Shown here: positions 44,746 through 54,443 of the stretch, in pieces
Position numbering within the stretch: position 1 is the first letter of the stretch
Layout of the letters: every line of letters starts with the position of its first letter
Origin: Candidatus Omnitrophota bacterium
GTDB lineage: Bacteria > Omnitrophota > Gorgyraeia > Duberdicusellales > 4484-171
Length of the DNA stretch: 64,000 bases
Assembly (NCBI GenBank): GCA_043815185.1
Contig: JBDRJF010000001.1
Span: 11,801 to 75,800, forward strand
Direction of reading: 5' to 3'
Notes under the pieces: generated by a model
Database searches by the model: none
What the model was told of the DNA's origin: nothing
The model's input: the letters and a program-made list of their open reading frames with translations, nothing else
Translations under genes and position numbers: made by a program

Positions 44746-45675
44746 CTACTTTAAACGCTCTCCGTTTTTTATCCGGTACCCACAGGCAAAACTCCAGGCA
44801 TCCATCTCGGACTTACCCTGAGGTTTTACCTTTTTAATTTGTAAAACCCCTTTACCGCAGGCAACCGAAATTCCCTCTTTGGTGATAGCGACAATTGTTC
44901 CTGGTGGATCAATTGAGTCTTGATCTATAACATCACCCTTGAGTATTTTAAACATTAGATCCTGATAATAGCTATAAGCTGAAGGCCAACCTAAAGTTGC
45001 CCGAGTTAAGTTCCTGATATCTTGAGCCCGGCTTTCCCAAGCAATACGGCCATCTTCTTTTTTAAGTTTAGAGGTTAAAGTCACTAACTTATCATCCTGG
45101 GGCCTCAGGGAATAGGTATTGTTATTTATCTTGTTTATTGCTTGGATCAGCAATAAAACCCCATTTTTAGCCAATCTTTTACTTAAAGAGAAGAAATCAT
45201 CATCATAATTGACCGCTAAGGTCTGCTGTAAAATTATATCTCCGGCATCAACTTCTCTATTCATTTTAAAGATAGTAACCCCGCTCTCCTGTTCACCATT
45301 AATCAAAGTTTCCTCTATCGGTGCAGCCCCTCGATAACGGGGAAGCAGCGAAGGATGGATGCAAAGAGGAAGTACTTTAGGGAGGTTGAGGAGACTTTCA
45401 GGGATAATTTCTCCGTAATCAACAACAATAAAAAAATCTGCGTCTTCTTTATATAATATCTCTTTAACTGCCTCTCCCTTTAGGGATGCCGGTTTAATAA
45501 GCTGAATTTTCTTATCCTGAGCAAACTGGCTTACTTCAGTAGCTGAAAGTTTCAAACCTCTCCCCTTAGGCTGATCAGGCCTGCTAACTATAAGCACTGG
45601 AACATAGCTCTGAGAGTAAAGCTCCTCTAAGATGATTTTAGAAAACTGGGAACTGCCAAAATAGACAAATCTCAT
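44746..45675 (-). CDS. fmt: Methionyl-tRNA formyltransferase
   Basis: 309 aa with a formyltransferase N-domain (HPSLLPRYRG) and a C-terminal domain. Confidence 0.9.
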   Translation of the reverse strand: MRFVYFGSSQFSKIILEELYSQSYVPVLIVSRPDQPKGRGLKLSATEVSQFAQDKKIQLIKPASLKGEAVKEILYKEDADFFIVVDYGEIIPESLLNLPKVLPLCIHPSLLPRYRGAAPIEETLINGEQESGVTIFKMNREVDAGDIILQQTLAVNYDDDFFSLSKRLAKNGVLLLIQAINKINNNTYSLRPQDDKLVTLTSKLKKEDGRIAWESRAQDIRNLTRATLGWPSAYSYYQDLMFKILKGDVIDQDSIDPPGTIVAITKEGISVACGKGVLQIKKVKPQGKSEMDAWSFACGYRIKNGERLK

Positions 45676-47459
45676 CGTAAACTCACTGCCAATTGTATTG
45701 AAGAAGTACGGGAATCTTTAACCGCTTCTTTAATTAACTTTCTTGATAAAGAATCTTTCCTGGTTTTAACTATCAGTGAATAACGAAATTTATCTCGCAA
45801 TTTAAACGGTTTTTCTTCAAAAGGCCCATAGGCCTCTTTGAATTTCCCCTCTAACTTATCATATAAACCCTTTGCATTTTTTAAAAGGGTTCTTTTGTTC
45901 TTGGACCTTAAGGTAATCTTGGCGATAAGCCCAAAAGGAGGCAGCTGTGATTTCTTTCTGAATCGAAGCTCTAATTCATAAAAATCCTCCCAGCGGTCAT
46001 TCAACTGTTGAAAAAGATAATAGTCCTTATGGCTGGTAAATACATAAAGGGAATCCTGGAGCAGACGAAGAAGTTTCCGCAGGTAGATAAAGGTCGTGAA
46101 AGTCGCATCATAGTCTAAGTGGTTTAAGAAAGAATCAGCGTCAAGGACAAAACCCCTATCGAATTTTACCGGATCATAAAGGTGACTTAGGACTTTCGAT
46201 GTCGAAAGTGTGACTTGTGTGTCGTCGGAAAAATTTGCTAAATTGTCAATCTTGACTTCCGGGAACATCCTTCTTAATGAGCTCTCCAGCCTTTGAATGC
46301 CGTAACCCTTACTCTTTAAATAACCGCTGTTACACTGGTTGCAAATCTTAGGCAGAAGGGTTTTTCTTTGACAATAAGGACATATTCCTTCCTGGCTATT
46401 CAAAGACGATTGGAGGAAGCCTGAGCAGTGTTGACATTTAAAAATATGTCCGCAGCTGAAACAGGAAACCTGAGCGAATCCTTTTCGATTCCACAAAATA
46501 ATTGCTTTCTTCTTATCCTGGATAGCCTTTTGCAGGAGGTCAGTTAAAATTGGATTAATAACTCCACTTTTATTAAACTCAGACGTACCGATTATCCCGA
46601 TAGGCCTACTATTATTGCTTTTACCCAGCAATCTTACTGTTCCTTCTTTTATACGTTTATAAGTAGCTAAGGACGGGTAATCACCGCTTAAAATTAAACC
46701 TACACTTTTAATTTGTGACAAAACCCAAGCTACATCAGGAAGCCAATGATAAGGTTTTTCTTCCTGAGAATAGCAGTGATCATTCTCCTCTTCAACCACA
46801 ATCAATCTCAAGTCAGTTGGGTAATAAAAAATAGCCACTCGTGTTCCCAGGATTAAAGAATTTTCTCTGGTTTTACTCCAGCTGGAAAAGAGTTCTTTCT
46901 CTCCTTCCTGACTGTGGATTACCTTTGTTTGATCCGGAAAATCCCTTTCAATAATCTTTCTTGCCGCCTTAAGGAAAGTAAGCTGCGGAAAACAAATAAG
47001 AACCGACCCCTGCTTTAACTTCTCTTTTACTATATCTTTCCATAGTTGATATCTCTCTAGGAAGCTCTCACCCTTAATAAATTTATTTTCAACAGCATTC
47101 TTGCTATTGACCCCAACACTGCTAAGTTGCAAATCTAATTTCCGCGGCTTCTTAAGGTAGGGAGGAAACATCATAAATAAAAATTCACCCTTAGCATAAG
47201 GGTAAAAGTTGCTCAGTTGTTTAGCAAAAAGTAGGTGCTCCTCACCCAGCAGGGCTTGGGAATCAAGAAGATCGATGATTGGTTTTAGTTTCCGAAAAGA
47301 CGGCCCACTTATTACAGCTACCACAATGCCAATTCGCTTCTTACGGTTAAAATCTACCAAAACCCGCATCCCCGGTTTTGCCTCGAGGTGTGATGGACAA
47401 AAATAATCAAATTCCTTATCTAAAGATATTGAAATTACTACCCTGGCTACCCTAAGCAT
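45672..47459 (-). CDS. priA: Primosomal protein N' (PriA) homolog, short form with degenerate helicase motifs
   Basis: 595 aa. Conserved synteny upstream of fmt and a Cys-rich Zn region (CFSCGHIFKCQHC...CPYCQRK...CNQC). No Walker A P-loop, an EEEN-D in place of DEEHD, and no motif VI arginine finger. Confidence 0.7.
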   Translation of the reverse strand: MLRVARVVISISLDKEFDYFCPSHLEAKPGMRVLVDFNRKKRIGIVVAVISGPSFRKLKPIIDLLDSQALLGEEHLLFAKQLSNFYPYAKGEFLFMMFPPYLKKPRKLDLQLSSVGVNSKNAVENKFIKGESFLERYQLWKDIVKEKLKQGSVLICFPQLTFLKAARKIIERDFPDQTKVIHSQEGEKELFSSWSKTRENSLILGTRVAIFYYPTDLRLIVVEEENDHCYSQEEKPYHWLPDVAWVLSQIKSVGLILSGDYPSLATYKRIKEGTVRLLGKSNNSRPIGIIGTSEFNKSGVINPILTDLLQKAIQDKKKAIILWNRKGFAQVSCFSCGHIFKCQHCSGFLQSSLNSQEGICPYCQRKTLLPKICNQCNSGYLKSKGYGIQRLESSLRRMFPEVKIDNLANFSDDTQVTLSTSKVLSHLYDPVKFDRGFVLDADSFLNHLDYDATFTTFIYLRKLLRLLQDSLYVFTSHKDYYLFQQLNDRWEDFYELELRFRKKSQLPPFGLIAKITLRSKNKRTLLKNAKGLYDKLEGKFKEAYGPFEEKPFKLRDKFRYSLIVKTRKDSLSRKLIKEAVKDSRTSSIQLAVSLR

Positions 47460-48510
47460 TGCCCCATCTTGCGATTAAATCTAATAAAGGTTTACGGATA
47501 TCTTTAACTTCTAAGGGATAGTTATTTTGTAATTCACTGCTTTTTGTATTATAATAATGGACGGCTGCAACTAATTCTTCAGCCCCGCGGACAAATCTAG
47601 CTATACCATACTTGATTAACAGTGCCATATTAGCCCTCTCCTGCCCCGGAATATAGTGGGTGAAAATAAAAGGTTTCCGCTTATAAAGGCCCTCAAAAAT
47701 AGTCATTCCGCCGGGCTTGGAAATGATAATTGTGCTTGCTGAAAAAAACTCCCAGATTTGATCATAAAAGGAGAAGAATCGAATATACGGTGAGTCTAAA
47801 TCTTCCAGGCATTTTTTTAGCTTTTTATTTTTGCCATAAATAAGAAAAATATTGAAATCATTTACCAGGGTCTTGATGGCTGCTTTTAGATAAGGGAACC
47901 TACCCCTTAAAGAAGAGACAAAAATAAGTATTGGTCTCGGGTTGAGGCTAAATTTCTTACGCAAATATTCTATAGGAATCTTTTTTAAAAAACCTACACG
48001 TAAAGGAACATAGCCAAAAGTAATTTTATCATTGGCGACCCCTAGGTTAATTAAATCACGCTTGGTTACTTCTAAAGCCGCAAAATAATGATCGATACAC
48101 TCGGCAACCCATAAGGGATGAACCCGCAAATCAGTGATTACCGCAACTACTTTGCAGTTTAACTCATTTTTTAGGGTTGCGATCAGACTGGAGGCAAAAA
48201 AATGGGTAACGATTATTGTTCCCGGGCGTCTATCTCTTAAATACTTAAAGAATTTGGAGAAGATTGAACGATTAATCCTGTTTAACCAAGAAGAAAAAAG
48301 TTTTTGCTTAGCAAAGAAGAATAATCCTTTCCAAAGCCAAGGAAAATATTGGGTTATAGCTAAATAGCTCAAAGAATAAATATTTCTCAAAAAAGGATGG
48401 GTAAAGCTTAAAAGATCACAAAGTTGAGTATCGGGCAAATATTTTAATGCAAAAGCAGCTCTCTTGTGCCCTTCTCCAAAACTAGCATAAACAATTAGAG
48501 TTTTAGCCAT
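47452..48510 (-). CDS. Glycosyltransferase family 28 (MGDG synthase / UgtP-like diacylglycerol glycosyltransferase)
   Basis: 352 aa. N-terminal AxxGxGH, a C-terminal UDP-sugar binding region (PGGMT..E) and overall collinearity with UgtP/MGD synthases. Confidence 0.7.
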   Translation of the reverse strand: MAKTLIVYASFGEGHKRAAFALKYLPDTQLCDLLSFTHPFLRNIYSLSYLAITQYFPWLWKGLFFFAKQKLFSSWLNRINRSIFSKFFKYLRDRRPGTIIVTHFFASSLIATLKNELNCKVVAVITDLRVHPLWVAECIDHYFAALEVTKRDLINLGVANDKITFGYVPLRVGFLKKIPIEYLRKKFSLNPRPILIFVSSLRGRFPYLKAAIKTLVNDFNIFLIYGKNKKLKKCLEDLDSPYIRFFSFYDQIWEFFSASTIIISKPGGMTIFEGLYKRKPFIFTHYIPGQERANMALLIKYGIARFVRGAEELVAAVHYYNTKSSELQNNYPLEVKDIRKPLLDLIARWGNA

Positions 48511-49078
48511 AGTGAGCGCATAAATAATCTGCCGCTACCTGTAAATTATCAAATACATGATCCGGTTCAAACTCCCAATAGCTACGGTCGGATTCTTTTT
48601 CCTTGCCCGAAAGGACCAGTATTGATTTTGCTCCAAAGCAATGCGCGGCACGCATATCCCGGAAAGAATCACCGATGAAAAAAGATATCGCCGGAATAAG
48701 ACCTAAATCAGCTATTGCTCGCTTCAAGAGGCCAGTTTTAGGTTTACGGCAATTACAATTGTCTGAATCACGATGGGTACAATAATAAATACCCTCTATT
48801 TGAACCCCTTGCTTATTAAAGGCCTTTAGCATTCCCTGGTTTATCCGTTCTAAATCAGCCTGGGTATATAATCCTTTGGCGATGCCAGCCTGATTTGAAA
48901 TAACATAGAGTTTAAATCCGCAGAGGAAAAGCCGTTTTGCCCCTTCAATACTTCCGGGGATAAACTTAAATTTACTCCAATTCGTAACATAATTAGTACA
49001 CCCGGGGTATTGATTAATTACTCCGTCACGATCAAGAAAAACTATTCGTACCCCCTCTGTCACAATCTCCTCCTGCAA
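48503..49078 (-). CDS. gmhB: D,D-heptose 1,7-bisphosphate phosphatase / HAD-IIIA family phosphatase
   Basis: 191 aa with a DRDGVIN motif, a GmhB-type Zn-binding CxH...CxCRKP and a HAD motif III. Confidence 0.75.
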   Translation of the reverse strand: MQEEIVTEGVRIVFLDRDGVINQYPGCTNYVTNWSKFKFIPGSIEGAKRLFLCGFKLYVISNQAGIAKGLYTQADLERINQGMLKAFNKQGVQIEGIYYCTHRDSDNCNCRKPKTGLLKRAIADLGLIPAISFFIGDSFRDMRAAHCFGAKSILVLSGKEKESDRSYWEFEPDHVFDNLQVAADYLCAHYG

Positions 49079-49125
49079 CTTCTTATATTAACACCAAACC
49101 CTTTAGTTTAAAAGGAAAACTCTCT

Positions 49126-49827
49126 TTAAAACTTAAAAAAAGAATATATCTTTTCCCGCTCGATAAGTTTATAGCTGCCTGGTGCCAGTTTCCCCAAAAC
49201 TAATCCGCCAATTCTCACTCTCGTTAATTCCCTTACCGGAGAACCCAAACACTTAAATAACCTTCGCAAATGTCTTTTTTTCCCCTCAGAGACCACTACC
49301 TTGCCTAAAGTCTGATTCCGGCCCCGCTTTAATACTTTAATACTTCTTAAGCTTAAATATTCACCATCCACCCAACAACCTTTCTTAGCCTTCTGGCAAT
49401 CTCTAAGGGTCAGCGCTTTGTTGAACTCGACCAGATATTCTTTTTCTATTGCGAACTTGGGGTGGGTCAGACGATAACAAAAATCTCCATCATTGGTAAG
49501 AATTAGCAACCCGGAAGATTGCTTATCTAACCTTCCTACCGGATAAATTCCCCGGAAATTTCTGGGAAAAAAGTCAATTACCTTCTTATCTGCAAATTTA
49601 TCGCTGAGAGTTGTAGTCACGCCCTTAGGCTTATTAAACAAAATATAAAGGTGCTTTTTTAAACTTAATAGTTCTCGGTTAACGGTGATTTTATCGCTGC
49701 TACTAACCATTCGAAAAGGTTCAAAGACCTTTTGACCGTTTAGCTCTATCTTACCTTCCTTAATCAGACGATCAGCTCCTCTTCTCGAAGCATAACCGCT
49801 CTTAGCAATAAAAAGATTAAGACGCAT
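49126..49827 (-). CDS. Pseudouridine synthase, RsuA/RluB family
   Basis: S4 domain plus a catalytic GRLDKQSSGLLILTNDG motif. Start taken at Met16 to minimise overlap with the upstream gene. Confidence 0.8.
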   Translation of the reverse strand: MRLNLFIAKSGYASRRGADRLIKEGKIELNGQKVFEPFRMVSSSDKITVNRELLSLKKHLYILFNKPKGVTTTLSDKFADKKVIDFFPRNFRGIYPVGRLDKQSSGLLILTNDGDFCYRLTHPKFAIEKEYLVEFNKALTLRDCQKAKKGCWVDGEYLSLRSIKVLKRGRNQTLGKVVVSEGKKRHLRRLFKCLGSPVRELTRVRIGGLVLGKLAPGSYKLIEREKIYSFFKF

Positions 49828-51064
49828 TATTTCTTTTTGATCGGGCCAAAGAAACAAAGACTTTATCGCCATCTATAGCCTCTATTGCTACTGGAACAAT
49901 TTGTCCCAGTGAAATTTTATCCTTTATCCAAACCCGGATGTAATTTTCAGTATGACCGGATATGTAACCCTGGTTTTCTTCCTCGGCTACCATATTAAGT
50001 ATTTTGCCTAAAAATTTCTGCTTATAGTTGCGCGCAAAATCGCTGGATAACCTTCTTAAAAAATTATAGCGTTGACGGATTATCTTAGAATCCTTAATTT
50101 TCACCTTTGAAAATCGGGTATTCTCCCGGGGAGAAAAGGTAAAAATATGCATTCGCATTGGTTTAATCATTGTTAAAAAATTTACAGTATTTCGAAAACT
50201 CTCTTCACTCTCAGTGGGAAAACCAACCATAATGTCACAACTTATCGCTGCTTCAGGCCTAATTTTTCTTATTTGAAAGACCTTATCCTGATATAGATTC
50301 ACCGTCTCTTTTTTATTCATCTCAGCCAATATTCGATCATCACCATACTGAAAAGGAAAGTGAAAATGCGGACATAACTTCTCATGGTGAAGTAATGAAA
50401 ACAATTCCTGATTCAAAAACAGCGGTTCTAAGGAACTTAAACGTAATCTGCCTAAAGAAGACACCTTTAAGAGGTCTTTTACCAAACTCCCTAAAGTACT
50501 CTCAGGAGTTAAATCCCTGCCCCAAAGGCCTAAATTTACTCCGCAAAGCACAATCTCTTTATGCCTACGGCAAACTTTTTTAATCTCAGCAATTGCCGCA
50601 GCCTTAGTCTTGCTGCGAGAAGAACCTCTTAAATAGGGAATTTTGCAAAAGGAACAAGAATTGTCACAGCCGTCCTGAACCTTAACAAAGGCTCGATGGT
50701 TTGAGAAGCGGGTTATCTTAAAAGCTTTCTTTGAAGAAGGAAAACCCAGAATAATGTCGGGCAAAAAAGCTTTTTGGTCCTGAGAAATAATATAATCGAC
50801 TCCTAATTCAGCAATAAAATCCCGATTTAACTGAGCCAGACATCCCGAAACTGCAATTTTCGCCTCAGGATTCTCTTTTTTGGCCCGCAAGATTGTGTCT
50901 TTTGACTTGCTATCAGCGCGGGAAGTAACCGTGCAGGTATTAATTATATAGAGATCAGCCTTCTCCTCAGTTATCTTATGACCCCGGTGTAAAAATTGTT
51001 CTTTCAAACCTTGGGTCTCATATTGATTAACCTTACAGCCAAGTGTAAAAAATTTTACCCTCAT
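49817..51064 (-). CDS. Radical-SAM methylthiotransferase (MiaB/MtaB/RimO family)
   Basis: 415 aa with an MTTase N-domain (three Cys), a radical-SAM CxxxCxxC (CDNSCSFC) and a TRAM-like C-terminus. Confidence 0.8.
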   Translation of the reverse strand: MRVKFFTLGCKVNQYETQGLKEQFLHRGHKITEEKADLYIINTCTVTSRADSKSKDTILRAKKENPEAKIAVSGCLAQLNRDFIAELGVDYIISQDQKAFLPDIILGFPSSKKAFKITRFSNHRAFVKVQDGCDNSCSFCKIPYLRGSSRSKTKAAAIAEIKKVCRRHKEIVLCGVNLGLWGRDLTPESTLGSLVKDLLKVSSLGRLRLSSLEPLFLNQELFSLLHHEKLCPHFHFPFQYGDDRILAEMNKKETVNLYQDKVFQIRKIRPEAAISCDIMVGFPTESEESFRNTVNFLTMIKPMRMHIFTFSPRENTRFSKVKIKDSKIIRQRYNFLRRLSSDFARNYKQKFLGKILNMVAEEENQGYISGHTENYIRVWIKDKISLGQIVPVAIEAIDGDKVFVSLARSKRNNAS

Positions 51065-51789
51065 GTTTTATAAACATCTTGATTAAAAAAGTAATTAACT
51101 AACCCGGCAGCAAATACAGCAGCAGTCTCCATCCGTAATAGATTAATGGATAATTTAATAAATTTAAAGTTATTTTCGCGTAATTTAGCCCATTCCGCCG
51201 GGGTAAAATCTCCTTCAGGACCAACAATAATAAAAATTTCCTTCTGCCTCGTATTGAGAACGCTCTTAAGCTTATCTCCCTTAATCGAAGCAGCTAATTT
51301 AACCTGATAGCACTTTTCAATAACCTTATTAAAGCTCAAAATATTATTAACCGGCGGCAACCACAATCTTCCCGATTGCCGGGCTGCTTCAATAACTATT
51401 TTCTCCCATCGCATTAACTTATTGGATAAGGAACTTATCTTGAAACTTCTTTGGCAGGTAAAGGGAATAAACTCTGAGACCCCCAGTTCTGTGGCCTTCT
51501 GCAAAATAAAATTAATCTTTTCTTCTTTAGTAACCGGAAAAGCCAGAATTACTTTCGGCTCAGGAAAGCATTCTTTAAGTGATTCCCTTACTTTTTTTAA
51601 GGATATTTGTTTTCTGGAAATATCTTTTATGGCATATAGGTATTCCTTGCCCTGACCATCAAAAACAAATAGTTCATTCTTGCGCCCCAGGCGTAAAACA
51701 TTCCTTAATTTATGGATAGTATTCTTACCGCTTATCTCAATGAAATTTTCTACTTTTTCTGGTTGGATATAAATGCGTATCTTGGACAT
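51061..51789 (-). CDS. rsmE: 16S rRNA (uracil1498-N3)-methyltransferase RsmE
   Basis: 242 aa, RsmE/DUF558 family SPOUT fold. Confidence 0.75.
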   Translation of the reverse strand: MSKIRIYIQPEKVENFIEISGKNTIHKLRNVLRLGRKNELFVFDGQGKEYLYAIKDISRKQISLKKVRESLKECFPEPKVILAFPVTKEEKINFILQKATELGVSEFIPFTCQRSFKISSLSNKLMRWEKIVIEAARQSGRLWLPPVNNILSFNKVIEKCYQVKLAASIKGDKLKSVLNTRQKEIFIIVGPEGDFTPAEWAKLRENNFKFIKLSINLLRMETAAVFAAGLVNYFFNQDVYKT

Positions 51790-51798
51790 TTCAAATTA

Positions 51799-51871
51799 TG
51801 GAGCCGACCCGATTTGAACGGGCGACCTCCTCGTTGCGAACGAGGCGTTCTCCCAGCTGAACTACGGCCCC
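51799..51871 (-). tRNA. tRNA-Ala (anticodon CGC) with G3:U70
   Basis: Reverse complement GGGGCCGTAGTTCAGCTGGGAGAACGCCTCGTTCGCAACGAGG...CGGCTCCA. G3·U70 is the alanine identity pair. Confidence 0.85.
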
Positions 51872-52026
51872 TATAGATAAACACAGCTTATGAATACAGA
51901 AGCTATCGGTTTATGAAACATTTTGACAAAGAAATATTTCGCTGTCAAGAAAAGTATAAATAAAAAACTATTAAATAATAACAAAGAATAAGGATTAAAG
52001 GCTTGATTAAAAAGACTAAGCAATCT

Positions 52027-52404
52027 TCAATAATTTACCTGTATATCTATTTGGTTAGAGTCTGGATGAGGGTTGCCCGCGGGGTTGCCGGGAGAAAAAA
52101 TTTGTATCGTAACGTCATAAGGAATATCCGCATCAACAACGGTAAGGGGAGGGGGACAATCATTACCGATATTATCATTAAGGCAATGATTCTTGCCGGC
52201 AGGATTTCCAGACCAAACACCTTTTCGCAATTGTTCTAAAACTAAAACCATTCCGGCCTGGGCAGAAAAAAAAGCTTTACTCCGCTTTATCTTATATTCA
52301 GCAATCCGTGCCTCATTAGCCATAAAGTAGAGGGCACCTAAGGCTAAGCCAAAAACCACCAACATAACCCCGATAATAACTACTAAAATTACTCCTTTTC
52401 TCAC
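52027..52404 (-). CDS. Minor pseudopilin-like protein (PilX-N/GspK-like N-terminal hydrophobic segment), 125 aa
   Basis: N-terminal MRKGVILVVIIGVMLVV...AEYKIKRSKAFFSAQAG resembles the PilX_N / T2SS-K prepilin-like N-terminus. No Glu+5. Confidence 0.45.
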   Translation of the reverse strand: MRKGVILVVIIGVMLVVFGLALGALYFMANEARIAEYKIKRSKAFFSAQAGMVLVLEQLRKGVWSGNPAGKNHCLNDNIGNDCPPPLTVVDADIPYDVTIQIFSPGNPAGNPHPDSNQIDIQVNY

Positions 52405-52613
52405 TCTTGCTCTTTTTTTCTTAAACTTATCTGGTATAGCGACTCTTCTTTCCTCACTAAAACATGTCCTTCTCGAGCCAGCCAGCCTAAACTCATCAGG
52501 ATCAAATCCCGGGATTTATCTATACCAGAGATTAGCTGCTCTAAGCTTACTTCTCCCTGCTTATCTAAAAAATTCCAAATCTCGCCAGCTATAATTCCTA
52601 TTTCAGTAATCAT
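52401..52613 (-). CDS. Small winged-helix protein (DUF2582-like), 70 aa
   Basis: Pattern AGEIWNFLDKQGEVSLEQL...LGWLAREGHV matches the small wHTH family found next to secretion and motility loci. Confidence 0.45.
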   Translation of the reverse strand: MITEIGIIAGEIWNFLDKQGEVSLEQLISGIDKSRDLILMSLGWLAREGHVLVRKEESLYQISLRKKEQE

Positions 52614-52831
52614 TTTTCCCGATTAATACTTTCACACAACGGACAACGCCAAAATTCAAAAAACATCGAAACAAAATGCACTGAGGCGCAAACTTCACAC
52701 TTTCGCTTCTCAAGCTGCATTTCCTTTTTTGCTAAGCTGTTGCTCCAATTTATTATATATTCTAAGAAAAAACCAAATAGTAACCATCCGCTTAAAAAAA
52801 TAGTAATAAATAATGACAATTCTATCTGCAC
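52610..52831 (-). CDS. Membrane-anchored zinc-ribbon protein, 73 aa
   Basis: One N-terminal TM helix followed by CEVC...CPLC. Confidence 0.4.
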   Translation of the reverse strand: MQIELSLFITIFLSGWLLFGFFLEYIINWSNSLAKKEMQLEKRKCEVCASVHFVSMFFEFWRCPLCESINREK

Positions 52832-53389
52832 TTATTTTACTACCCCCTCTAATTTTGTCCAGAGGAATCTATTATCCAAGAAAAGGATTGCTTCTCGCAA
52901 ATATTTCTGTAAGTTCAGACTTCCGTAAGAATTAACCGGTAATTTCTCAGGATAGAGAAAAAGGACCTTGCCGTATGGCGAAATATAGGTCTTATAAGAG
53001 ACAACTTCTTCTTCCCAGGAAGAAAAGTTAGTCCGCCTCGGCCAAAGATAACAATATATCTCCCTATGGCTAATCCGGCCCGAAGAAGGGAGGGTTTTAG
53101 CCGGATCGGGCATAAAAGAACCTAAATTATATCCTTGCTCCGGCCAAGGGGAGGGATGGGAAGGAAAAAAATACTCTCTTCTCATATCGGGAGAAGAGAA
53201 CTTTATACCCTTAGGAAAAACAACCTTTTTCGTCCCTAGAAATAAATCTTTACGGCTGATAATATCAAACCAGCTATAGAAGGAAGGGTTTCCCTCTGCC
53301 TTTATGTAGAGGGTGCATGAAAAAATAGCTACCAGATGCAAAAACCCCGACAAAACTAAGGGGAAAAAAATAAACAACTTCTTTCGCAT
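52832..53389 (-). CDS. Hypothetical membrane-anchored/secreted protein, 185 aa (possible TonB/TolA-position partner of ExbBD)
   Basis: N-terminal hydrophobic segment and a Pro-rich middle (PSHPSPWPEQGY). Sits where tonB/tolA sits in exbBD operons, but the C-terminus does not match a TonB C-terminal domain. Confidence 0.35.
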   Translation of the reverse strand: MRKKLFIFFPLVLSGFLHLVAIFSCTLYIKAEGNPSFYSWFDIISRKDLFLGTKKVVFPKGIKFSSPDMRREYFFPSHPSPWPEQGYNLGSFMPDPAKTLPSSGRISHREIYCYLWPRRTNFSSWEEEVVSYKTYISPYGKVLFLYPEKLPVNSYGSLNLQKYLREAILFLDNRFLWTKLEGVVK

Positions 53390-53404
53390 CGAAAGAAATC
53401 CAGG

Positions 53405-53803
53405 TTACTCTTCGTAAGCAGTGGCGATACCGATCTTTTCTATCCCGAACCTCTTGCAAACATCCCATATTGTTACCACTACCCCCAGACTCGCATCTCG
53501 ATCGGCTTTTATAAAAATCGAACCGTACTTTTTGCTTTTTATAAGATCTTCAACCTCTTTAACGGTCTGAGGTTTACCATCAAGATAAATTATATCTTCA
53601 CTAGAAATAACTACTGTTAAAGACATCGTATCAACTTCTTCCGGCATTAAAGCTTTAGGGAGCTTAACATTAACTCCGGGAATAACTATAAAACTAGATG
53701 TAAGCATAAAAAAGATAAGCAGCAGGAAAAGACAATCAATCAAAGGAGCAATGTCTATCTGCCTCAGGCCCGCTTCTACTCGTGCACTTTTCCTAAACTT
53801 CAT
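53405..53803 (-). CDS. exbD: Biopolymer transport protein ExbD/TolR
   Basis: 132 aa with a single TM (IDIAPLIDCLFLLLIFFM) and a periplasmic domain. Confidence 0.85.
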   Translation of the reverse strand: MKFRKSARVEAGLRQIDIAPLIDCLFLLLIFFMLTSSFIVIPGVNVKLPKALMPEEVDTMSLTVVISSEDIIYLDGKPQTVKEVEDLIKSKKYGSIFIKADRDASLGVVVTIWDVCKRFGIEKIGIATAYEE

Positions 53804-54425
53804 CGGTATATCTGCTTTTAGGGAGAAATTCTAAGAGCTCTGTAGCTGCCCGTTCCGCCTCCAGAGTAACTAAATTCACCTTGTGGACAAAATAATTATA
53901 CATAATATAACTGGGGATGGCTACGCACAAACCAGCTACAGTAGTAAGCAGAGCCTCCCATATCCCGCCAGCTAAATCAGCAGGATTAACCAATCCGATA
54001 TTTATTGTTTTCTGTTCAATAATATAAAAACATTTAACCAGCCCTACTACTGTACCCAAAAGCCCTAATAGCGGTGAAACGTGGGCAATAGTACTTAAAA
54101 AATTCAAGTTTCGCTCAAGCTTTGGTATTTCATATAAAGAAGTATTCTCCATTGCCTCTTTAATTACATCTTTAGCCTCCTCATAGTGGCTAAGACCTGA
54201 CTTTAAAATATTGGTTGCATAAAAACTGTTTTTCTCGCAAATGCCGATTGCCTCGGTAATTTTGTTTTTACGCACTAAATCTAATACCTGCGACAATATT
54301 AATAGGGAATTACTCTTAACACTAAGATAAAATAACAATCGCTCTATTATAATCGCCACTGCAAAAAATGAACATAAAAATATCGGTGCAATTAGCCAGC
54401 CGCTCTTAGAAATTAGCTCCCACAT
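53793..54425 (-). CDS. exbB: MotA/TolQ/ExbB proton-channel protein
   Basis: 210 aa with three TM segments and a conserved C-terminal half (GLLGTVVGL). Confidence 0.85.
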   Translation of the reverse strand: MWELISKSGWLIAPIFLCSFFAVAIIIERLLFYLSVKSNSLLILSQVLDLVRKNKITEAIGICEKNSFYATNILKSGLSHYEEAKDVIKEAMENTSLYEIPKLERNLNFLSTIAHVSPLLGLLGTVVGLVKCFYIIEQKTINIGLVNPADLAGGIWEALLTTVAGLCVAIPSYIMYNYFVHKVNLVTLEAERAATELLEFLPKSRYTDEV

Positions 54426-54443
54426 AATGCCTCCTTTTCTTTT

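Noticed and set aside
52832-53389. Calling the 185-aa protein TonB
   Set aside because: It is only positionally consistent with TonB. The C-terminal 90 aa lack the TonB_C pattern I can recognise by eye, so I left it as hypothetical.
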